A stretch of DNA of 63,838 nt, filler included, from Collodictyon triciliatum (Eukaryota): assembly GCA_043381765.1 (NCBI GenBank). It is 5 parts of 5 records of this genome, joined end to end, with 100 filler letters (N's around TTAATTAATTAA, not from the genome) between each part and the next. Parts side by side here need not be neighbours in the genome. Positions count along the whole stretch, not along the records: positions 48,140 to 59,883 come from JBHJMP010000422.1; positions 59,984 to 63,838 come from JBHJMP010000442.1; 3 more parts are not named here. One strand, 5' to 3'. This document shows positions 55,701-63,838 of the stretch, one piece after another. Numbering within the stretch: the stretch's first letter is position 1; each line of letters opens with the position of its first letter. A model generated the notes under the pieces. The model saw nothing but the letters and a program-made list of their open reading frames with translations, was not told the DNA's origin and did no database searches. The translations under genes and the position numbers were made by a program.

Positions 55701-58700
55701 TATTTGGTAAAGGTTTCGGCTTTTTTCACCCTGCAATAATCCATACACTTCTGTTCAGGTCCTTACCTTCCAAATCACAACATAAAAACGTGCATATATT
55801 TAATATAGTAAAACAAGAAACAAAGGGCATACCTCCCTCAAAACGGGCATATCTTTCGTAAAGGCAACAACTTTGGCACCTTCTTGGAACAAACTCCAGT
55901 CCTTTTCAGTCAGCATGTTTGCGTCTATATTGATAACCGTGGTAATTAGTCATAAAAAGCAATGGGTAATTTCACCAAATGTAAGTTTTGTTTGCAGTTT
56001 GCTTTAATAGGAGAGAACCTCGCTCGGGTTGACGGCGCGGGGATATAATGCGCTCTTCTGCGGCTGATGCATCGGCAGATTTCATGGCTTTGGTATATAG
56101 TTTTCGAATGGTGATGTAAGCCTGTCAGAGCAAGAGATATTGTTGAATCCTTAATACTAGTAATTTTGATTTTACATAGCATAATTGAATGTGGATTCTA
56201 AAATATGTAGACTTACACGCCGAATGAAGGAGAAACCGCGAAAATTGTACACACGGTCCTTCATTGTTATCTATTGAAGACATGATGGTGACATGCAAAA
56301 TGGTTTTGAGTTCAAGTTAACAAGCAACAAATTTCGTAGATTCGAAAAAAAGTTCTGACGTGATTAAAGAATAAAGAGAATTTAGGTGAAATGCTTAAGA
56401 TAAAGCTCAAGGAAAGACAGAAAAATCACGCAAGGATACACCGTACCCTTAACGACCCATCTGTGTCATACTCATCAGGGTCAGTCAAGATAAGCTCCAA
56501 ATTATCAATATCCTTAAACGGAATCACCTACAATATATTTTCATTTAGTTCCAAAATTACTCGAGTGAAGAAATATTGTTCGATGAATTTTGTTTCCATT
56601 ACAATGAGTAAAAAGGAAAAAAAGTAGAAAAAGAGGAAGAAAGAAAAAAGAGGAAAAGAGGAAAAGACAAAAAGAAAGAAAAAAGAAAGAAAAAAGAAAG
56701 AAAAAAGAAAGAAAAAAGAAAGAAAAAAGAAAGAAAAAAGAAAGAAAAAAGAAAGAAAAAAGAAAGAAAAAGAAAAAGAAAAAGAAAAAGAAAAAGAAAA
56801 AGAAAAAGAAAAAGAAAAAGAAAAAGAAAAAGAAAAAGAAAAAGAAAAAGAAAAAGAAGATAAGAAGATAAGAAGATAAGAAGAAAAAGCACTTCTCTTG
56901 TCTTGAATCCAAAGACTGTTGCGTGAAAGCATGCATACTTTTCAGAGAAGACTATAGCCCCATGAAGAGTCATGTTTTTCCCCTCCATGGCGCAGGATAT
57001 GGACACAATAATTTTTTCAGAGGAAGGGAGCTTGTATTTTTCTCGGAACCTGAGTTAGAATTTGTCCCTTCCATTCAATAGAGTTCAAATAGAACAAGTA
57101 GAACGATGGAAAGCAAAGCACATACAAGAGCCATATATCAGACTTTTAGTGTTGCGAAATTACCTTTCATTCTTCCTTTTTCTCTCTATATCCAGTGACT
57201 GAAAGACTGGAATACTCTTGAGCTTACCCATAAAATCCTAACAACATTTCAAATGTGCTTTTATATTTGTGTTCAACATAAATTACAAAAATTACGGAAA
57301 GTTTCCAGACAATACTTGGTAATCTTGGCTCTTTAAGAATCTTTCATAAGAGTTATTATGGAGCAGCTGGAGAACTTCTCTCTGTATGAAATTTGATTAT
57401 ATATAAAATTAAAGAATTAAAAATTATTGCCGGAATTTTTTTAAGATTGAACCTAGAATATATCGAATAATCAAGAATATTAATCAGACTTTTCTTCTTT
57501 TTTATTATAAAAAAACCTGAGCGATGTCGAACAGGTTAGTTGTTATGGCTTCTCTCATCTCTGCTTCAATCTTAGAGCGAAGATTGTGTTGAATGTTAAC
57601 TTCAGAGGGAGACCCTGAGCAAATGTATTCCGCAAAGACTTCCTCAGCAATCTGTCTCTTTTCTGCTTCAGTAATGTCTGCTTTATTCGTCTAAAGCCAA
57701 AAGTAAAAAGAATAATTGGAAAATATAGTGTCTTAACATGCGTACACGGAGAATATTATCGGAGGTGGATTGAATGCATCAACAGCGTAAGCAAGGCATT
57801 GTATTGAATACGAACCAAAATATGCTTGTAATCAGTCACGGCCATCCAAAAAGCGATATTTTCAGAACAGACTTCCTTGTCAACATAACTCTTCAATAAT
57901 GGGAAAGTTAACAGACGACGAATAGAATGGTTCATGACAAATGTGATGCTTTCATCGACACCAGAAAATGATTTCTCAGTTTGCTCTTTTGCCTAAAACC
58001 ACATGAAAATTTACATTTAATCAAGAACGGATAGAGCTAAAGGATTATCAGTGAAAACGTGTTTATAGAAATCACCCATTTACAAATAATATAAAAGAAA
58101 AATCATAAAAATGAAAATGTTGTATTGTATCCATCAAATACTTCGAAAGTTTCTAACGTCTCCATCAACATTAGAACGTAGCCAGCTTGACGGGAGGTAC
58201 ATGATGCATCGATCTAAACAATAAGCAAGAAAAAGTATGCAGGATCTTCATCAAACATGAGTTTATCGATTAACTATAAATATCGAAAAAAATAAGGTAA
58301 TGAAAATCATATGCCGTTCAGTAATCGATAGAAATAGACCTTTTGAGGTTTGTTCAATGCAGGTAAGAGAGAGTGCACTGTGGTGGCGAATCCATTGAAA
58401 ACGGGGTGTTTGAATGTGGGGGCGTAGTAATCGGCTTTTATGGACTTGATGCATTCTTCTTGTACTTCAGCGAATAGATTTGGGTCTCGATTGCTCTGCA
58501 AAAATGAGAAGGGAAAAGGTAAAAATACGTTCCAAGAGGATATGATGCATACATGTCTGGGCAGTGATACATCTAAATGGAATTGGGAACTATGCTTGCA
58601 TTACACGAAAGAAAAGTGGCAAATGAAATATAAACTGATAAGAGAATATACCAGGTTTGCATATATTTTATCAGCTAGTCGAATTCCTTGAAATATCTGA

Positions 58701-59300
58701 TTTGGGCAATCGTCGGCGATATACTGAGTGAAATAAAATAAAATTAAATTAAAAATGTAAAACCAATCAGAAAAAAGGAGAGAGTGACCATACGGTTGAG
58801 TCACCTGAAGCAAAAGGAAAAGGAATTGTACACGTAAAAATATAACTATAGTACATAAATGATTAAAAATTTTTGATTTTACTCTAAAGAAACTTTTTTT
58901 TTTAAAAAAAATATCGATTGAACTGGTTACATAAATTTTTTCAAACCTCTCCAAAGATGAAAGTTGCAAGCTCGTATGAATTGGAATGAGCCACAATTTG
59001 GCGATAGTGATCCGCGTAGAGACAAAAGTTGATGCAGTCAAACTCGTACTCTCTTAAAAATTTTCATGGGGATGAGTATAATGGGGCTTCTTGTCTTTGG
59101 CTTAATGAATATACCAGTGTCGATATATGAAACTATTTTATTTTATTTTTTGGCATGTGCGATTGAGTGAAAGGAACATCAATAGTGCCACAAACCGATC
59201 CATGAACCATTTTAGACATGAAAACAAAAGCAATTTTCGGGCACATTTATCGGCATGATACATCGCGTCTTCAAACTTCATCGGGACGAGAGGGTGTTGC
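52779..59300 (-). CDS. Multidomain signalling protein RGS-RGS-GRAM-CNB-GRAM-CNB; 5' end probably beyond the contig end
   Basis: RGS1: EFDCINFCLYADHYR..IFGE|YIADDCPNQI..LFAEVQEECIKSIKADYY. RGS2: EVCSENIAFWMAVTDYK..YICSGSPSEVNI..LFDIAQ|REVLQLLHNNSYERFLKS. GRAM1: FREKYKLPSSEK..SCA..HGAIVFSEKYACFHATVFG. CNB1: LYQIARGRIRV..GQFFGEISFL. GRAM2: PCSY..HGTLYVSSNHISFAA. CNB2: LYQIGKGNVRV..GQLFGEMSFL..LANRLRK*. Confidence 0.85.
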
Positions 59301-59804
59301 TATATTAAATATTTTTATTTATTAATTTATGGAGATACCGTTTATGCATATTTGATTTATTATTTTCAATTAGCAGCCCATCGGTAATGCTCATAAAATC
59401 ATCAAAATAATGAAAGAATATTTGTAAATCTATACATCGAGAGTTTTCCCCTCCAAGGTGGCAAGGAGATTGAGAATAGAATGAGACAAATCCACTGGAC
59501 TCAATGGAGGATAGTCGATCTGAGTGGTTTTTTCAACCATGTAAGAAAAAGATGTGATGCTATCAACACTATACAGAAAACCGGCCGAAAAAACATAGGA
59601 AGAACAAAATAAAAGGATGATTTACTGCAGAATAAGATTGAAATGATTAATAGAGTATGAAAAACTAGTTTGTTCACCAAACAATAATATATAGTATTTG
59701 TTTGGTAAATGATATCTACCGCAGATCCAGACAGCAACCCAAATTGTGACGAAACATGCTGGAGAACATAAAGTTTCATATAAAATTGACGGTAAATACA
59801 AAAC

Positions 59805-59883
<79 letters not shown>

Positions 59884-59983
59884 NNNNNNNNNNNNNNNNN
59901 NNNNNNNNNNNNNNNNNNNNNNNNNNNTTAATTAATTAANNNNNNNNNNNNNNNNNNNNNNNNNNNNNNNNNNNNNNNNNNNN
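59884..59983. other. Artificial contig-joining spacer
   Basis: 44 N + TTAATTAATTAA + 44 N, flanked by (AG)n and (TATG)n microsatellites. Confidence 0.95.
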
Positions 59984-60855
59984 GTATGTATGTATGTATG
60001 TATGTATGTATGTATGTATGTATGTATGTATGTATGTATGTATGTATGTATGTATGTATGTATGTATGTATGTATGTATGTATGTATTCAGACATCAGAG
60101 AAAATAGGTTGTTTTAAAAGATACACGTACATTATTCTGTGCTCCAAAATAGGTAAACAATCGACGCGTTTACGCGATGGAGGGATACAAATAGATGAGA
60201 GTATATGCGCCTAGTATGCTGTGCCACTTCACTACGTGGTTAAAAGGATTCTCTGCCTGAAATACATTTTTTGAAACTCTTTCTTACTGATAAAATATCT
60301 TGAATCCGAAGTTTCATCTTTCCAGCGAACTTTGAATATCAGTGCTGTTTGGAAAGCAGTATCAAAACATGAACAAGTTAAATTTATGCTTCCTTGACCA
60401 GATTACTCCTGGAAAAATCATATGAAAAACATGATATAAAAATGAAAGGCAGCAAAAACAAATGCCAGCGGACGTCCATGTCCTCTTGGAAATCAACTAA
60501 AATTATGTCTACTATTTCTGAATGTAGAGTTGCAAAGCATAAGGGGAGCTTCGAATCGACTGATGTACACACCCTCATCGATACCCTCTAACTTATATCT
60601 TCGCGCAGCACTAATTGGTGGGTGGCCCTGCTGGTATCAGCGCATAAACCAGAAATTTCTGTAGAGCCCCATTCTCTGAAGGCGGTTTTTGTTTAAGCTC
60701 TTTGCTCAGACTTGCATTTTGGAAAAAAATGGTGATTTCCACAACGGTCGTTCCGAGAGTGTTGCTCGAGGGTTCTGGTATATAAGGGCATTTATGTTTG
60801 CCTGTCAATCTGTGGATTTTTCATGGGGTGACCAGAGACAACAAGCGATTTAGAC

Positions 60856-60956
60856 CGAGCAAGACAACATCGAGCAAGACAACATCGAGCAAGACAACAT
60901 CGAGCAAGACAACATCGAGCAAGACAACATCGAGCAAGACAACATCGAGCAGGACA
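60856..60956 (+). repeat. 15-bp minisatellite (CGAGCAAGACAACAT)x6 plus a partial unit
   Basis: Six perfect units (60856-60945); the degenerate seventh runs into the ATG at 60957. Confidence 0.95.
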
Positions 60957-61636
60957 ATGCAGATAACATTAAAGATGTTGTTGGGTGGAGCTATCACACT
61001 TGATGCAGAACACTCCGACACAATTAAAAAAATCAAGGACAAGATACAGGACAAAATTGGAGTCTCATCATCGCTTCAGCGCTTGAATTTAGCGGGGAAG
61101 ANNNNNNNNNNNNNNNNNNNNNNNNNNNNNNNNNNNNNNNNNNNNNNNNNNNNNNNNNNNNNNNNNNNNNNNNNNNNNNNNNNNNNNNNNNNNNNNNNNN
61201 NNNNNNNNNNNNNNNNNNNNAAAAAATCAAGGACAAGATACAGGACAAAATTGGAGTCTCATCATCGCTTCAGCGCTTGAATTTAGCGGGGAAGATTTTG
61301 GAAGAGGGTCACACAGTCTCAGGCTACAACATTAAGGAGAAATGGACATTAAAACTTGACATTTGCCAACAAAACAAAATACGGATACAATTACGTATAC
61401 AAACGCTCAAGTTTTCAGTCTCTGTGGAGCTTACCGATACGATGGAAACTATAAAGAAGAAGGTAGAGCGAGAAAAAGGCTTTCCGTCTGACTACCAGCG
61501 TATGATATGGAGAGGGAAACAATTGGAAAACCACCTCACGCTCTATGACTACAACATCCCAAAGGATGAAATTGTTTACCTCGTTATGCCTGTTTTTGGC
61601 GTTCCTGAAATAATGCACAGTTCCATCTCTACTTAG
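60957..61636 (+). CDS. Intronless tandem ubiquitin-like protein (at least two UBL domains, no C-terminal GG), interrupted by an assembly gap
   Basis: UBL1 MQITLKMLLGGAITLDAEHSDTIKKIKDKIQDKIG..QRLNLAGKILEEGHTVSGYNI; UBL2 ..DTMETIKKKVEREKGFPSDYQRMIWRGKQLENHLTLYDYNI. Bases 61027-61101 repeat at 61221-61295 across the N gap; merging them gives an open frame of 161 aa. Confidence 0.8.
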
Positions 61637-61839
61637 CTACAGTATTATCCATTCTTTTCCTGAATACCATATCCCTTCTATTCTCTTATCCTTTAGGACT
61701 GAAGTTACAGAAAAGCATTGACAACTAAGCCATCCATTTTGTTTAAAATGATTCAATAAAAGTAAAAATAGAAAGTTATACTATTTTTGTTATTTACTTG
61801 TATTTATTTGTTTTCTTAATCTTGGGTATTCATGAACTG

Positions 61840-63604
61840 CCCGCGCCTGATGGAAAACACGAGCCGAGACGGAGAGATCGGCGCAAGACTCGACCCGTCG
61901 AAGGCTTTGCAAGTTGCAGCCAGTTCTTTTGGTTCCAACGCTGGTGCGAAAAACCCCGAGTTGCACGTAAGTCTAGGAAGACCCGTGCAAGGAAGTTGCC
62001 TGCAAGTCTGTCTGAGCGGAAAGGATTTTTGCACGGGGTCGGGCAAGTCGTTTACAACAAGAACAAGGCCCGCAGACTAACAGATGCGCTCGCCTCCTTC
62101 TTGAAAGCGAACAAACTTTGGGAAGAGTCCATCCAATTGCGCTTACCGGACAGCGAAGACCTTTGCTTGATCGCCTTCCGCACTGCAGAGAACGCCCGAA
62201 AGCTTCTGGAGCTGAAGCAGGTAAGTTTTGATCGATATCATGATCAGCTTCAGCAGAAGTAAACCAACAGAGACCTCGGTGATGCTCTACCAACTACCGC
62301 TGGACGTGTGGCCGCAACTTATTCGTGAGGAGTTGAAGGCGTTCAGACCGACCCACGTGGAGATCAAAAAGGACAAAGGCTTCTTCACAGACACGGCTGT
62401 GGTGAAGCTTCTTTGTCACAAGAACCAGCTCCCTGCAAAGTTTGCAGTCATGGGCAAAAAGTGTCCAAAGCGCATCCCCAAAGAGCGTCCGCCAGCCGCG
62501 AACAACGAACGAAAAGTAAAACCCCGCAAAAGAATACACCCGCCAAGCAGACAAGCAGCAACGGGGTCAAGGAAGCCAAGGCCAGACAACAACAGAGTCC
62601 ACAAGACTCACAGCAGATACGCGCATACAGCGACAGCGACGATGACATGGAAGGAAATCTCGGTTCCTCTTCAGAATCCTCGCACTCGAGCCCTCCACCG
62701 CCGACACCGGACAAGCCCGTACATCGCAAGACCCAAGAGCAGCGCATCTCCAAACCCCGAAAGAAATCCCCTTAAACTACCCATTCAGACTGACGTGAAT
62801 ATGGTTAACATAGGAGACATCAAGGCAGTCTTCGTTATATATCCGAAATGATACTCCAAATCGAAGGCAACACAAGAACCAGCGCCCACCAAAGATAGTC
62901 CGTTTATCCTGCCTAGCCCGTCGCACCGAGAACCAAGGAGCAAGAGCAAACAGCACAAGTCGAATCCAAGCTTGGAACTCCACACACCAAAGACAGTCCG
63001 AGCAAGCAGGAGCGTATGTTTCTAAAACCACAAACGCGTATCCATACTCTGGTTAAGCAAAGTCCACTGCCGGCTACACATGGTTCCGAAACCAGGGGAC
63101 TGTCAAGCGCCACTTCCGATAATACCAGATAAACAACGATGTATCGCTTTTTGTCAGAGTCGCCCAGCAAGAAACGCAAGGAAAGTGACCCGTTGTCCCC
63201 TCAAAAGACTCATCCTGTGGAATGAAATAGGATGTAAACCTTGTCTGAGATAGATGGTTGAAAGGACTCGTCGGAATCGATTTTCGAAGTAATTGCCATG
63301 TGCGTACTTTCATCGACCCGACAACTTTATCCGCTCTTCTGTCAGTCTCGAATACAACCAGAAATCGCGTTGGAGCTGATTCACCTCGGGTAGAATAGTC
63401 TGCGTGTGAGAACACTTTCTCTCCTTTCTTTTTTCTTTTCTTTTTCTTTTTCTTTTTCTTTTTCTTTTTCTTTCCACCCAAAACACAAAAACTCCAACCA
63501 CACATTCTGGGTTTTCCACTGTCTTGTCCACAGCTCATTTCTTGTCCTAGAGGCGAAGGCGGTTTCCTCGGCTTTGTTTTCTCTCAATAAACTGTTGAAA
63601 AGAA
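61840..63604 (+). mobile_element. Non-autonomous ORF1-only retroposon (HAL1-like), copy 2, degenerate
   Basis: Collinear with the reverse complement of ~2737-4483, from CCCGCGCCTGATGG (ATG 61850) through the ORF stop (63223-63225) to AATAAACTGTTGAAAAGAA (63586-63604). It has several frameshifts and a TGA at 62849; no clear poly(A) or TSD. Confidence 0.8.
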
Positions 63605-63838
63605 TCATATGAGCATACGCTTTCCTATTGCCCATGCCTTCATATTTTTTTCTTCTTCTTGCAGCCTACCCCGATGGTTGCATGTGTGAAACGAAGTTGT
63701 AAGCACAATGTGGCCAAACAACCAAGCAAACAGGCTGCCTCAATCCGTCCGGTCTTCCGAAACAGTGTCCTCAGGCGGGCTGTGGCGCAAAGCCCAATCA
63801 AGCGTTTGAAACACGAGCCAGAAAGACCTGCTGGATCC

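Noticed and set aside
60120-60800. Possible minus-strand exons including LIFKVRWKD (chromo-like)
   Set aside because: Adjacent candidate exons do not join into a coherent domain.
60856-60956. CRISPR-like array
   Set aside because: Head-to-tail 15-bp units with no spacers, no cas genes, eukaryotic context.
61027-61295. 75-bp direct repeat flanking the N gap as a biological duplication
   Set aside because: Most simply an unmerged contig overlap: merging restores an open frame, and the 194-nt period fits neither the frame nor a ubiquitin unit. An extra UBL unit cannot be excluded.

Overview
Eukaryotic, AT-rich, very intron-dense DNA with microsatellite-filled introns, probably from a flagellated protist (inference from a FAM149 ciliary homolog, a four-domain cation channel, a CRT-like transporter and a ZZ-containing UBR4). 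The window is not one contiguous locus. Four 100-nt artificial spacers (44N-TTAATTAATTAA-44N at 26774, 42374, 48040 and 59884) join five separate pieces. Genes were reconstructed by hand across GT-AG introns in the standard code: FAM149-like, a 4x6TM Nav/Cav/NALCN-superfamily channel, GSK3 (partial), TMEM209-like, UBR4/BIG (partial), a CRT-like transporter, ERGIC3, an RGS-RGS-GRAM-CNB-GRAM-CNB protein (partial) and an intronless tandem ubiquitin-like ORF. Most notable: (1) a ~1.8-kb retroposon, in two copies, that encodes only a LINE ORF1-type protein; copy 1 has a poly(A) tail and a 16-bp target-site duplication (HAL1-like); (2) a channel whose pore ring reads D/S/E/D; (3) the RGS + GRAM/CNB architecture; (4) a di-ubiquitin-like protein with no di-glycine. 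Family calls rest on recognised motifs, not database searches.
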